Shown: in pieces, positions 10,489 to 21,998 of the stretch
Layout: each line of letters opens with the position of its first letter
Position numbering within the stretch: position 1 is the first letter of the stretch
Virus record (IMG/VR): IMGVR_UViG_3300021387_000994
Coordinates: 1-64,000 of that record
Source of the DNA: a virus
Taxonomy: Duplodnaviria; Caudoviricetes
Strand: one strand, 5' to 3'
Length of the DNA stretch: 64,000 bases
Program-made: the position numbers and the translations under genes
Notes under the pieces: model-generated
What the model was told of the DNA's origin: nothing
Databases searched by the model: none
The model's input: only the letters and a program-made list of their open reading frames with translations

Positions 10489-12144
10489 ATGGATATTTTT
10501 AATAAATTGGATGTTTTAAATTACATAAATGAACATAATAAGGAACATGGTGGACATCTTACTACGGAGAATGGTTTTAAAAAACATTTTCCGGAATTGT
10601 ATGATGATTTTACAAAAACCTCTTTTCCATCATTTTTTGAAGGTTTTGATTTTAAACAGAAACTATGGCACTTTTTAAGAGATGACTACACACAACATAT
10701 ATGTTCATGTGGAAATCCTTTAAAGTTCAGAAGTTTTTGGTATGGATATAATATGTTTTGTCATATAAATTGTCCAAGTATGGTTGAACATCAGAAAGAA
10801 TGTATAAAAGATATTAATTCGAAAAGAACAGAGGATGAAAAGAAATCAATACAAGAAAAGGTAAAAGAGTCGTTTTTGGAAAGATATGGTGTTGAAAGAT
10901 ATTCACAAACTAAAGAATGGAAAGAAAAGACTTTAAACACAAACAAAGAAAAATATGGGTGTGAGTGGTTTTCAAAAACGGACACATATAAAGACTCTTT
11001 TAGAAAAAAGTCCATTGAAAAATATGGTGTTAGTAATCCTATGTTTTCTGATGTTGTGAGAAAAAAATGGAAAGACACAATAGATAAAAAGACATCCGAA
11101 TATTGGTATAACACATATCCGGATATTATTTCAATAAATGATAATGAGTTAACTTGTAGATGTTATGATAAAACTTGTGACAGATGTTCGGAAAAAAGTT
11201 ATGTAATAGATAAGAGTTTATTTTCCAATAGAGTTTGTTATGGAATAGATTTATGTACAGTAAGAAATCCATATAATCCTTTATTTTCAGGTGGTGAACG
11301 AGAATTATTTAATTTCATAAAATCAATATATGATGGTGTTATAATAGAGAATGACCGTTCTGTTTTAAAAGGAAAAGAACTCGACATATATATTCCAGAA
11401 TTAAATCTTGCTTTTGAATTTAATGGTGTATATTGGCATAATGAGTTTAATAAAGAAATAGCGTATCATCAGAAAAAATCATTGTCTTGTATGAAAAAAG
11501 GTATTCATCTTATTCATATATGGGAAGATGATTGGTTATATAAAAATGAAATAATAAAAGATTTTATAAAATCAAAGTTTGGTGTGTATGATGTAAAAAT
11601 AGGAGCTAGAAAGTGTGAAGTTAAAATTGTTCCAAATAATATTGCATATCGTTTTTTGATGAAAAATCATATTCAAGGTGGAGTAAAAAATGGAAAATCA
11701 ATAGGTTTATATTATTGTAACGAGATTGTGGAAGTATTGACATTTGGTAGTATGAGAAGAAATATGGGTGGGAAACAAGTTGATGGGCATTATGAAATTT
11801 ATAGAGTTTGTTCAAAGATTGGATACAATATACAAGGTGGTTTCTCAAAACTTCTCAACTATTTTGAGAATGTATACAATCCGATTGAAATAATAACATA
11901 TGCAAATTTAGATTATTCTGTTGGTAATGTATATGTTGTGAATGGTTTTTGTAAATGTGGTATTAGTAAACCGGTATATTCATGGGTTGTCGGAGGAATT
12001 CGTAGAAATCGTTCAAATTTTATGAAATCCAAACTTGATGAATGTAAAAAAAATCCGAAATTAACTGAATCTGACGTTATGCATAGGAGAGGTTTTTGGA
12101 AATGTTGGGATTCTGGGAAGATTAAGTTTAAAAAAAAGAGGTGA
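10489..12144 (+). mobile_element. putative homing endonuclease (KYGV repeats + PD-(D/E)XK/Vsr-like domain + Hef-like C-terminus)
   Basis: ERYGV/EKYGC/EKYGV repeats, ELDIYIPELNLAFEFNGVYWH, IHIWEDDW, NHIQG; flanked by terminators. Confidence 0.75.
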
Positions 12145-12205
12145 TAATGTCACCTCTTTTTTTTTTATTATCCATAAATACGATATATAATAAATTATAT
12201 TTTAT

Positions 12206-12511
12206 ATGAAGAAAATTTCAGACGATATATTTGTATTGAATGAGGATGAAAAGATTGTGGTTGACAATCTTTCCGACAAAATCGCCGAAATGATTAAGGA
12301 AGGAAAATCTACTGATGAAATTCTCAAAGGAGATTTGGATGAAGGTCTTCTCGGTGGTATTGTTGGTGGAGTCGCTGGTGCAACAATCGGACCCGCTCTC
12401 GGAAGAGCAATCTGCAAAGCTCTCGGAATAGAACACGGAATATTGTATAACTTTTTAAACAGTAGGGCATTTCTTGCAGCAGTCTGTGGATATATGGGAC
12501 TCAAATATTAA
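12206..12511 (+). CDS. small glycine-zipper late protein
   Basis: LDEGLLGGIVGGVAGATIGPALG; late promoter 12173-12180. Confidence 0.65.
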   Translation: MKKISDDIFVLNEDEKIVVDNLSDKIAEMIKEGKSTDEILKGDLDEGLLGGIVGGVAGATIGPALGRAICKALGIEHGILYNFLNSRAFLAAVCGYMGLKY

Positions 12512-12528
12512 AACAAAACAATTTAGAC

Positions 12529-12816
12529 ATGGATAATTTGATTAAAATAACAGAAAATACTGGAATTGGGTCTGAATTTATAGGTGTTTATAACAAAAAT
12601 AACGAGACTATTAAAAAATCTGTTGATGATGTAGAAACAGAATTGAAAGATTTGAGAAACAAAAATATAATATTGATGAACAGACTTTCCTCTCTTTCAG
12701 CAAATTTTCAGACTATGAAAAACAGTTATGACTTACTCAAAGATAGTTATGACCAATTAATGAATGCTTTTGATGACATAAGCAATAAGTTAGATGATAT
12801 AATCAATAAAGAATAA
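12529..12816 (+). CDS. coiled-coil hypothetical protein
   Basis: Heptad-rich 95-aa ORF in a late operon. Confidence 0.65.
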   Translation: MDNLIKITENTGIGSEFIGVYNKNNETIKKSVDDVETELKDLRNKNIILMNRLSSLSANFQTMKNSYDLLKDSYDQLMNAFDDISNKLDDIINKE

Positions 12817-12818
12817 AG

Positions 12819-15800
12819 ATGGTAAAACGAATAAAATTCAATAGGATAAATGGTAAAGATACACTATCTGATTCCATAACTACATTAAACCAAAACTTTG
12901 AACTACTTGAAGAGACACTTGACACACAAATATCCAATGGTGTAAGTAGTCTTCAAGTTGATGATGTTGTGTGGAATGTAGCTGGTGCTACCGGTCCATC
13001 ATCAACAATAAAGTTGTCAAACGGAAACACAGCAAAAATAAATCCTATTCCAGCGGCCGATGAAAATAAGTCAGGTGTCATTACAACTGGAGACCAGAAT
13101 ATTTCCGGTGTAAAGACATTCAAATCTGGTGTTTCTACAGATAATCTGATAGATTCGATGTACCATAATATCATAACGACTGACGGTAACAGAGTCTATG
13201 TCGGTGGTGAGAACGGTATTCAGCTTATATATGATTCCGAAGGAAGACTGAGTGATGTGTATTACTCATTTTTAAAAGGAACCGATATATCAGAAATCAT
13301 AGAATCATCTGGCAGAGATGTTGAGGAATTGAGAAACTATCTTGAATCCATTTTAAATCAGTATAACATAAAACTCGAACAACAAGAAGATTATATAAAT
13401 GATGTTGCAAGGGCCATCGCTGAAATAAACAATCTCGATGAATTAATTGAACAACTCGACGGACTCATTGAAAACTATTTCGGTGATGAGAATGAGATGC
13501 AGACTCTTAAAGACACATGGACTTCTGAAAATACTTTGGATTTACACATCAGTGACACATTCACTGACATTGTGAATAGAAAATGTTATAAATTTGTCAA
13601 AAACGGTGATTCCTATGAATGGAGACTTCTTGATGAAAGTGAATATTCTGCTGTAGTTAGGGCTCTCCTAAACTCATTGGAGGCAAAATCTGTTGCTGAT
13701 AGAAAATGCACCACTTTCTACCAAGACAAAATACCTGCACCTTGTTATGTGGGTGACATTTGGGTTGTAAAGAAAGCGTTCTACATGAACGGAAATAAAC
13801 AAGTTGAATATATAGAGGGTACTACAAATGTACCTTCAACAACTATTGTCTATCCGAAAGAAACTATGTTGTTCTGTGTACAGGATAACGACACTAATGT
13901 TCCAGACATAACAGTTTGGAATAAAGACTTGTCAACTTATTCTGAAATCCAATTTAAGAAAAACGTTGAAACAAGATTCGGTGAGACATCTGAAGCAATA
14001 GAAAAAGCACAAAGTGACATAGATGCCATCAATGATGACAATATGTTCAGTGTTTTCGAAAAAAGGGATTTCTTGAGCAAGACATGGTATGTGATTTCCG
14101 GAAGTTACACCTATGATGAAAATACAGATATAAGTTACGACGACAACAAACCAATAGAAACACCAACAGAAGGTTTCTTGGGAACAAGTACAAATGGTTC
14201 ATTCTGGAACGCCGTACTTAACTGTATCGGTGACAATACCAACATAGATGCATACAATGTTCCTCTTGGAGAACTTATAACAGCATTCAAAAATCTCGCT
14301 TCTTTCTGTAAATTGAATGGTCTTTTCAGCAACACAATAGAATCTACACAATTCGTCACAACAAGAACAAACGAGTTGAATTCAGATAATTCTAATATTG
14401 GTTCAGTTGCAAAGAAAGAATTGGCAGACTTATTGTACAATTACTATCGTGAAGAAGAAGAGTGTAGAAAAAGTTCATACATTTCAGCAGTAACATCAAC
14501 TCTTGATGAACTCATTTCACAAGAAGACCATGCTATTCAGAACTGGTATTTCAATGGTGTTCCTGACAGACAAACTGAACTTCCTTGGAGAATAAACGGT
14601 GAAAGTAGTTTGGATGAAACTGATAACAGACACATTAATGATACACTTGTTGATTTAAATTCGACACTTGGTCAGAACATTTATAAGTTTTCAAAATTAA
14701 TATCTGATGATGATTTCCAAAACGAAGAGTTATTTGACACACAAAAAGATAGACGTATTTTGAATACATTGTTCTATTGGAAAAATATAAAATCCAGTGA
14801 CATAAGTTCTATCATAAACGAACTCGACATAGATTCCATTATTGCTGGTATGGATGGTTCTATAAATGTGTTCAATTGTATACCACACGATTATACATAT
14901 GGTGATATTTGGTTCTTCAATGGTTTTGATGAGAATGACCCAAACATTGATTTTGTGACAAATTCTGACCGTCAAAGATTCATAGAAGGGTGTATCTATT
15001 ATTGTAACAATACAGACCTCACTGGTTCCGGAAGTGATACAATTCGTGAAAATTTCCTTTCTTCTGATTGGGAAAACGGATATAAAAAAGGAGATGAGTT
15101 CATCACAAGATTCTCAAATATGGCTTCCGACAGTGTTCTCACACCGATAGAGAAAAACCAACTTGTAAGGACTTGGTATGAAATCTCCGGTGTAAATTTG
15201 TTCGGAAACGACGGAAATGCAAACGATAACATACTTGAAGATATTTTTAACGATGATAACAGCAACGACGGTAGTTTCCGTTTCGTTATCAACGAGTGTG
15301 CATCTGCATTAGGAACACCAATAACAAGTTTTGCTGATTTTCAAAACTTTATATCAACAAGTGAAAATTCTGATTCTGACATAAATGATGTCATTGAAGT
15401 TGTTAATAATCTTGTAAAGAAATTTAAAGATATAGAAACTGTCCTTATACTTTGTGGTTGTTTAGATACAAGTGTTGACACAATTCTTAGAGATGTTGAA
15501 TTTAGTGGTTTTATAAATCTTACAAGATATAATGGTGTGTGGAATCAAAGTGTTCATATCAACATGTTGAGTGATGTGTTTGCAACATATTATATGGAAG
15601 AAGACAATCTTAAAACTCTTGTCCATCAATTGAAAATAAATGAGTTGGAAGATGAGTTAACAAGTAGAATCAATTCCATAGATGATATGTCAAGACTTGC
15701 TAAAGAAGCCGCTGACGCTGCATTGGAGGGTATTGGTGATATAAATTCTGACGGAGTTTTCTCTGTGTCAGAAAAGATGTCATTCTTGAACAACACTTGG

Positions 15801-18800
15801 CGTAAGATTGCAGGAAGCAAGACATATACACCAAATAATAATGCAGTAGATGGTAATGGTAAACCAATTACTGGTTATCTAGGAACAACTCCACAAGGAA
15901 CATTCTGGCTCGCTATTGAAAATATGAGAGTGTCGCCGGAACCACAGATTGTCACAAAGTTTAAGACTCTTGGTGATATATGTGCTAGTTTTGGTTTGTT
16001 TGACCAAAGTATTTCTTCATCAAATTTCACTGTGGAAAATTCAAAAGATGCTTTATATGACGCTTTGTTTGAATACTATAATGAAGAAGAATTGTTGAGA
16101 AAATCTGCATATGCAGCAAGTGTCAATGAGGTGTTGGATGATTTGAGAACCCAACTTGATGGTAAGATAAACACATATTATGGTGATGGTGTTCCTCCAA
16201 GTACATCTGATGGTTTGAGCGAACTATGGTCGGATAGTTACGATAACCACATAAACGATGAATATAAAAACACACAAGACTTCTCAACACTTTATATTTT
16301 CCGTAAAATTACTGATGACACTGAAATTGATGAAAACGTAGATATTCAAATAGAAGATACTGGTTATTATTGGAAGTCTATTGATACTTCAAATATTTCA
16401 AATATAATCAGTGAGTTTGAAGATGCCTATAATGAGGCTTTGGCTGCTGTCGATGGTATAATTCAGACATTCGGTGAAAAAGATTTACCCGATGAATATG
16501 GATATGGTGATATTTGGTTTTTCGGTGGAATCAGTAAAATAAGAGACGATATTGAAAATGCAGACCTCAGTTCATTTGTTGCAGGTAACGTCTACTACTG
16601 CAATGTAATCCCACCGACTGGAGATAGTGATGACTTAAAATGGCATGAATTTGACCCATCACATTGGACAGTAGGTTCAAATTCGGGTGATATGACCCAC
16701 AGACTTGCCCACATGACATCTGACGACTGGTTATCTGTTGTCGAGAAGCAGCAACTTCTCGATATGTGGTATAAAATCACCGGTAAAAGTTTTTCTGAAT
16801 TTGGTTCAAATGCAGAAAATGTTACAAGTACAATAATGTCGATGCAGTCAAATAGTGGTTCATATTATACACTCGTAAGACAGTATGAAAACACCCTTGA
16901 CGAATACCAAGAGTACATTGGTGGTGATTCGGAAAGTAGTGACACACCTGGAGGTGGAGACACACCTGGAGGTGGAGACACACCTGGAGGTGAGACACAA
17001 CAACCAGAAGAAGATTACTCAGTGGTTGTTGAAAATGCAAGAATAATGTGTGGTGGTGACGATATTACGGAGAATATTAAAGTTATATGTGAAAAAAGTG
17101 AAGATGCTTCTTACTTTACACACATAAAACTTGATTCTATAGAACCATATTATATAATTGGATACGGTGACAGTGGCGGAGTACTAAATTTGTCTGATAA
17201 TAATTTTGAATTTTCAGTAAGAAAAGATGCAATTATAACACAAATATTTGTGTTAGGAATAGATATTGTGGATATAAACAACAATGACGAAAAGGTAGAA
17301 GATTTCGGTAAGATTGAAATAACATCTGAAAATATTGACAGTGAAGTAAAATTAATAAATATGACTTTATCGGAATCAACACGTGTTCCTGTTGATTATT
17401 CTTTCGGTAACGGTGAATATATGCAGATAGAAAATGGAGAATCTGTACAATTTGAAATTCAACGTTCTAATTTAGACACTTATAACAAATTAATTATAAG
17501 AACAAGAGAAGAAGGTGATGAAAATGGTGCATCTTTGGAAATTGAAACAACAAAGACAAATCTTGACAATGCTCTTAAAAATATATTCAGGATTCTTCTT
17601 GTTGTAGGATGTGGTGAAAATCCACTTATAGACACTGATTTGACACTTGTTGATATTCCTTCAAGTCTGAACGCCTATGGTGTTGGAAAAATATCGTCAA
17701 AACCAACTATCATTGCTGATATATTCAACAGATATTATGCAGAAGAAGAGAACTTATCTGTTGAATTAACTGAATTGCAAATAACAACTTCTTTGACCAA
17801 TCCTACAACAGTACAAGAACTCGCCGAAGGTATTGGAGGCAAAGGATTCGTTCTTTCGTCTTTGATACAACTAGAATACAATGACGAGGTTGTCGGAGGT
17901 TTGGATGGTGTTACTGCTAACAACGATAATGTAGGTATGTGGTTCGGAGGTACAGTTGAAAATGCCTTGAAGACTTTGAATGGAACACTTGGTGGCAACG
18001 AACAACCGGTTCCTGTGATAGTGACCAAAAATGGTTTAGGAAGTAAAATTGGTCCATTCAAGATAGGAGAAAGTCGTTCAAACGAACACGTTTTTGTTGG
18101 TGACGAAACATCTGGTAACGTAACTGTAATAAATACGGACTATATTTCGATGGGTGCTTCATATTCAGATTCTGATTCAAAAAATGAAGCCAAGAGTAAT
18201 GCAACCATATACCTTGATAGAGATGGTGTTGGAAGTAGAATCGGACCATTAAAAGTCGGAAGTGGCAATCAAATCTTTATAGGTGATGAAAGTGCTGGTA
18301 ACGTTACGATAATAGATACTGATTATATTTCTTTGGGTGCAGAATATAATAACTCGAATACAAAAATCGGTGCAAAAGAATCACCGATATTTTTAGATGT
18401 TGATGGTATTGGAAGTAAAATCGGACCATTGAAAGTCGGAAGTTCTGAACAAATATATACTGGAAATGAGAATACTGGAAATGTCACTGTGATAGACACC
18501 GGTTATATTTCTTTGGGTGCATCTTATTCTAATTCTGAAACCAAATCAGATGCAATGGAAAATGCAATGATATTCCTTGATAGTAATGGTGAGGGAAGCA
18601 GAATTGGACCATTGAAAATAAAGACGGATGATGATAATAAAATTTTAACATTCGGACAATCAAGACCAGTATTTAAATATAAGAGAAGAATTTCCTATAG
18701 TAGAGATAGATACTTCAGAACACTATGTACTCCAGAATCAACATCTAGCACTTCTATCGACAATCACAATTTCAATAGTACAGATTTGAATAAAGACATA

Positions 18801-18908
18801 CAATATGGTACTGACGCTGTTGATTGGGAAACTGTTGGTGATGACACAGCACCAGTTGAACCAATCAATACTGGAAGCACAGACCAAAATAGTCAACAAA
18901 ATCCATAA
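12819..18908 (+). CDS. very large repeat-containing virion protein (tail fibre / baseplate-associated candidate)
   Basis: 2029 aa; N-terminal SGVITTGDQNISGVKTF fibre-like motif; 4x D..LS..EK...W..I.G repeats; C-terminal ~60-aa GSxIGPLK repeats; late operon. Confidence 0.6.
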   Translation: MVKRIKFNRINGKDTLSDSITTLNQNFELLEETLDTQISNGVSSLQVDDVVWNVAGATGPSSTIKLSNGNTAKINPIPAADENKSGVITTGDQNISGVKTFKSGVSTDNLIDSMYHNIITTDGNRVYVGGENGIQLIYDSEGRLSDVYYSFLKGTDISEIIESSGRDVEELRNYLESILNQYNIKLEQQEDYINDVARAIAEINNLDELIEQLDGLIENYFGDENEMQTLKDTWTSENTLDLHISDTFTDIVNRKCYKFVKNGDSYEWRLLDESEYSAVVRALLNSLEAKSVADRKCTTFYQDKIPAPCYVGDIWVVKKAFYMNGNKQVEYIEGTTNVPSTTIVYPKETMLFCVQDNDTNVPDITVWNKDLSTYSEIQFKKNVETRFGETSEAIEKAQSDIDAINDDNMFSVFEKRDFLSKTWYVISGSYTYDENTDISYDDNKPIETPTEGFLGTSTNGSFWNAVLNCIGDNTNIDAYNVPLGELITAFKNLASFCKLNGLFSNTIESTQFVTTRTNELNSDNSNIGSVAKKELADLLYNYYREEEECRKSSYISAVTSTLDELISQEDHAIQNWYFNGVPDRQTELPWRINGESSLDETDNRHINDTLVDLNSTLGQNIYKFSKLISDDDFQNEELFDTQKDRRILNTLFYWKNIKSSDISSIINELDIDSIIAGMDGSINVFNCIPHDYTYGDIWFFNGFDENDPNIDFVTNSDRQRFIEGCIYYCNNTDLTGSGSDTIRENFLSSDWENGYKKGDEFITRFSNMASDSVLTPIEKNQLVRTWYEISGVNLFGNDGNANDNILEDIFNDDNSNDGSFRFVINECASALGTPITSFADFQNFISTSENSDSDINDVIEVVNNLVKKFKDIETVLILCGCLDTSVDTILRDVEFSGFINLTRYNGVWNQSVHINMLSDVFATYYMEEDNLKTLVHQLKINELEDELTSRINSIDDMSRLAKEAADAALEGIGDINSDGVFSVSEKMSFLNNTWRKIAGSKTYTPNNNAVDGNGKPITGYLGTTPQGTFWLAIENMRVSPEPQIVTKFKTLGDICASFGLFDQSISSSNFTVENSKDALYDALFEYYNEEELLRKSAYAASVNEVLDDLRTQLDGKINTYYGDGVPPSTSDGLSELWSDSYDNHINDEYKNTQDFSTLYIFRKITDDTEIDENVDIQIEDTGYYWKSIDTSNISNIISEFEDAYNEALAAVDGIIQTFGEKDLPDEYGYGDIWFFGGISKIRDDIENADLSSFVAGNVYYCNVIPPTGDSDDLKWHEFDPSHWTVGSNSGDMTHRLAHMTSDDWLSVVEKQQLLDMWYKITGKSFSEFGSNAENVTSTIMSMQSNSGSYYTLVRQYENTLDEYQEYIGGDSESSDTPGGGDTPGGGDTPGGETQQPEEDYSVVVENARIMCGGDDITENIKVICEKSEDASYFTHIKLDSIEPYYIIGYGDSGGVLNLSDNNFEFSVRKDAIITQIFVLGIDIVDINNNDEKVEDFGKIEITSENIDSEVKLINMTLSESTRVPVDYSFGNGEYMQIENGESVQFEIQRSNLDTYNKLIIRTREEGDENGASLEIETTKTNLDNALKNIFRILLVVGCGENPLIDTDLTLVDIPSSLNAYGVGKISSKPTIIADIFNRYYAEEENLSVELTELQITTSLTNPTTVQELAEGIGGKGFVLSSLIQLEYNDEVVGGLDGVTANNDNVGMWFGGTVENALKTLNGTLGGNEQPVPVIVTKNGLGSKIGPFKIGESRSNEHVFVGDETSGNVTVINTDYISMGASYSDSDSKNEAKSNATIYLDRDGVGSRIGPLKVGSGNQIFIGDESAGNVTIIDTDYISLGAEYNNSNTKIGAKESPIFLDVDGIGSKIGPLKVGSSEQIYTGNENTGNVTVIDTGYISLGASYSNSETKSDAMENAMIFLDSNGEGSRIGPLKIKTDDDNKILTFGQSRPVFKYKRRISYSRDRYFRTLCTPESTSSTSIDNHNFNSTDLNKDIQYGTDAVDWETVGDDTAPVEPINTGSTDQNSQQNP
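16941..16992 (+). repeat. 18-nt tandem repeat (DTPGGG x3 linker)
   Basis: GACACACCTGGAGGTGGA x ~3. Confidence 0.9.
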
Positions 18909-18926
18909 ACAATAAAATAAAGAAAA

Positions 18927-20150
18927 ATGATAATCAATTGTGGATATAATAACATAAACCTTATAAGAAGACCTTTTAGGAAAATGTCTTCAAACCAAAA
19001 TCAATCTTCAAAAATTAGGATTGAAGAATTAGGAGATTTCAATCTTATTCCTTTAGAGAATGATTCTTTTTATAATGTGGAAAATCAAGTTTTTCCAAAA
19101 AATGGAGACACGGGTCAGATATACACCATATCTGACCCAGATGTCGGAGTGCTAATTCCACACATTGTGAAATTTGGCAAATTTCCATTGGCATATAAAA
19201 CAGTTGATATAGATAACTGCATCAATATACCAGATTTCAATGCTATTGTAATGAGTCAAAATTCATCAATAATATTGAACAATGTTATGTATAATGTCTT
19301 GGATTTTATATTTACACAGCCCATTTTCTTAAAGACAAATGATGTATGGTATTCGTATGTACCAAGATATAAAATTAACGACAGTGACATAGTTTTCGAG
19401 AAAATTGAGATAACAGATTTCAACAATATGTTTGAAGAAGATGAGGATTTGGAAATAAACGATGTTGTAATTTCTGACCAAAATGTTTCAGACATGAATT
19501 TTGCCCAATTCGGTATTGGTAAGAATGGATTGTCTCTTAAAAACGGAATATCATATACAATAGACGGTTGTGGAAACGCTGATTTTAATATTGGTAATAT
19601 AAAAAGTGATTCTCAACCATTTGCCAAAATAAAAATGAATGTCAACAACCAATTGACTATTGTAGATAAAAAACTTGAAGTAGATTCATATAGAAAAGGT
19701 GATGTGTTGTCGGGCACTTCATTCACTTCATTACTTGGAACCGTAATACAAAATGTCATTGATGAATATACGAATCAATATGTTGATTGTGACACAGATG
19801 GTAATGTGCAAACAAAGAATGTAAATATAAATGGTAATTCGTATTATTCATCTTATGACATAGACAATACAAACAATAATACAATTTATGTGAGACTTAA
19901 AAATACAAATACACGTAAAAATCCGACATTTCGTCTAAATGGTGGAGATAGATATATTCGTCAAATAATGTATAATGGTAAATTCGGTAATGATTTAATT
20001 AACATTCCAGAAGGATACTATAAAGTAACTCCTGTTGAATTAAATGCAAATACAAGAGTATGGAAATTTGAATCTGACAAAATAGTGAACTCAGTAAATA
20101 CGTTCTTAAAAAAGATTTCAAGTTTCGACATTCTTATAGTAAAAAAATAA
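18927..20150 (+). CDS. hypothetical structural protein
   Basis: 407-aa ORF at the end of a late operon, before terminator ~20156-20190. Confidence 0.6.
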   Translation: MIINCGYNNINLIRRPFRKMSSNQNQSSKIRIEELGDFNLIPLENDSFYNVENQVFPKNGDTGQIYTISDPDVGVLIPHIVKFGKFPLAYKTVDIDNCINIPDFNAIVMSQNSSIILNNVMYNVLDFIFTQPIFLKTNDVWYSYVPRYKINDSDIVFEKIEITDFNNMFEEDEDLEINDVVISDQNVSDMNFAQFGIGKNGLSLKNGISYTIDGCGNADFNIGNIKSDSQPFAKIKMNVNNQLTIVDKKLEVDSYRKGDVLSGTSFTSLLGTVIQNVIDEYTNQYVDCDTDGNVQTKNVNINGNSYYSSYDIDNTNNNTIYVRLKNTNTRKNPTFRLNGGDRYIRQIMYNGKFGNDLINIPEGYYKVTPVELNANTRVWKFESDKIVNSVNTFLKKISSFDILIVKK

Positions 20151-20232
20151 TAAATAAAAAGACCGTTTCAAATAAATGGTCTTTTTTTTTATTTCATAAA
20201 TACATTAAGTTAGTTATTTAAATACATATTTT

Positions 20233-21942
20233 ATGTCTGGTTTTACAACAGGAAATAATAGAAGTAATACTATAAATCCAAATCCAGTAAGAAGGATGTT
20301 GAGAAAACTTTCATCATTCGGTATGAACTACAAGGATGATGTCATAAAAAACGTCCGTTCCCAAGATTTAGATTTACAAAGGCAAGTTTTAAATTCATCT
20401 CCCAATTCGGCACAAGTTGGTTCTTTGAATGACGAAGCAGTACAAGTTTTATTTGCTCGTATGTCATCTACAGACCCATCTTTATCAAAAGGTTATTTCA
20501 ACCTTTCGGAAGAAAATTATGCAAAGAAAAAAGAACAATTGAGAAGATATGCCTTACAGGATGAAATTGAGGAAATACTTGACATCATCTGTGAGGAATG
20601 TGTTTGTTTTGATGGTGCAAATAAGTTTGCAAGTGCAGCATTGAACTACAAAGTCGACCAAAATATCATGGAAGAATATAATGCAGAGTACAATAAACTC
20701 TATAATTATTTTGGTTTTTATGATACGGTTCAAGCAACAGACTATTTTAGGAAATGGTTGATAGATGGTTTCCTTGCTTTCGAAATTGTTTATAATAAAG
20801 AACAGACTGAAATTATCGGTTTTGTTGAACTTGACCCTGCAATGCTTACACCAGGCATCGACCCTGCAACAAATGAAAAGGTTTGGTTTGTTAATCAACA
20901 AATGTCACCGAATGGTACAGCAACACAAGATAGAATATTATATGATTCACAGATTATATATCTTGCCTATGCAAAAGCGGATGCAGTTTCAAGAATATCT
21001 TATGTCGAAAGACTTATTCGTTCATTCAACATTTTGAGAACTATGGAGGCAACAAGAATCATCTGGGCTGTAACCAATGCAAGTTACAAGACTCAATATA
21101 TTATTCCAGTTGGTTCTGTTCAGTCTCCAAGAGGTCGTCAGACACTTGCCCAAGCAATGGCAAACTATAAAGAACTCGTAGACTTTGATTGGGATTCCGG
21201 TGAAATTAGAACCAATGGTCGTCCTATGCTCCAGTTCTATAAAGACATTTTTATGGCTTCTGAGGGTGGTGAGACCCCACAGATACAGAACTTGGGTGGT
21301 GACGGTCCAGAAATTTCAGATACAGAAACTTTAAAATACTTTCGTGACAAATTACGTCAGGCTTCAAAAATTCCAAACACCCGTTTTGAAAAAGAACAGG
21401 GTGAGGGTGTATATACACTTTCAGCCGAAGGTATCAACCGTGAGGAAATTAGATTTGCAAAATTCGTAAAAAGACTTCGTGCAATATTCTCAGAGATTCT
21501 TTTGAAACCTCTATACATCCAGATGTGTTTGAAACATCAAGAAATCACAACGGATATAAATTTCCGTGTTAATATGGGTCTTGACTGGTATTCGGATTCA
21601 TTGTTCGAGGAAAACAAGAAGATGGAATATTTGCAGAAACAGTCTGACTTCATTGGTTCAATTATGAGTACACTCGTTGAAACCGATGCAGAAGGAAATC
21701 AAATCCCATATTTTGATTTTGAATGGGCAGTACGTAAATGGTTTGGTCTGACAGACGAAGAACTTAAAGAAAATAAGAGATATAAGATGGAGAAAGAACT
21801 TCGTGCAGAAGGATACAAAGAGGAAGATATTTCGAAAATTATAGGTGGAGAACCGAAAGAAAAATTCAAACCCGTGAAGAAAAAGAAAAAGGAAGATGAG
21901 GAAGATGAAGAAGGTAAAGGTGGTGGATTCGGTGGTTTATAA
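20233..21942 (+). CDS. gp20: portal protein (T4 gp20-like)
   Basis: FRKWLIDG, ISYVERLIRSFNILRTMEATRIIW, YFRDKLRQASKIPNTRF, INREEIRFAKFVKRLR; late promoter 20195-20202. Confidence 0.95.
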   Translation: MSGFTTGNNRSNTINPNPVRRMLRKLSSFGMNYKDDVIKNVRSQDLDLQRQVLNSSPNSAQVGSLNDEAVQVLFARMSSTDPSLSKGYFNLSEENYAKKKEQLRRYALQDEIEEILDIICEECVCFDGANKFASAALNYKVDQNIMEEYNAEYNKLYNYFGFYDTVQATDYFRKWLIDGFLAFEIVYNKEQTEIIGFVELDPAMLTPGIDPATNEKVWFVNQQMSPNGTATQDRILYDSQIIYLAYAKADAVSRISYVERLIRSFNILRTMEATRIIWAVTNASYKTQYIIPVGSVQSPRGRQTLAQAMANYKELVDFDWDSGEIRTNGRPMLQFYKDIFMASEGGETPQIQNLGGDGPEISDTETLKYFRDKLRQASKIPNTRFEKEQGEGVYTLSAEGINREEIRFAKFVKRLRAIFSEILLKPLYIQMCLKHQEITTDINFRVNMGLDWYSDSLFEENKKMEYLQKQSDFIGSIMSTLVETDAEGNQIPYFDFEWAVRKWFGLTDEELKENKRYKMEKELRAEGYKEEDISKIIGGEPKEKFKPVKKKKKEDEEDEEGKGGGFGGL

Positions 21943-21998
21943 TAGTTAAAAATGTTTTTCATAAATAAAGAGATAGATATAAAAAAATTATATATAAA

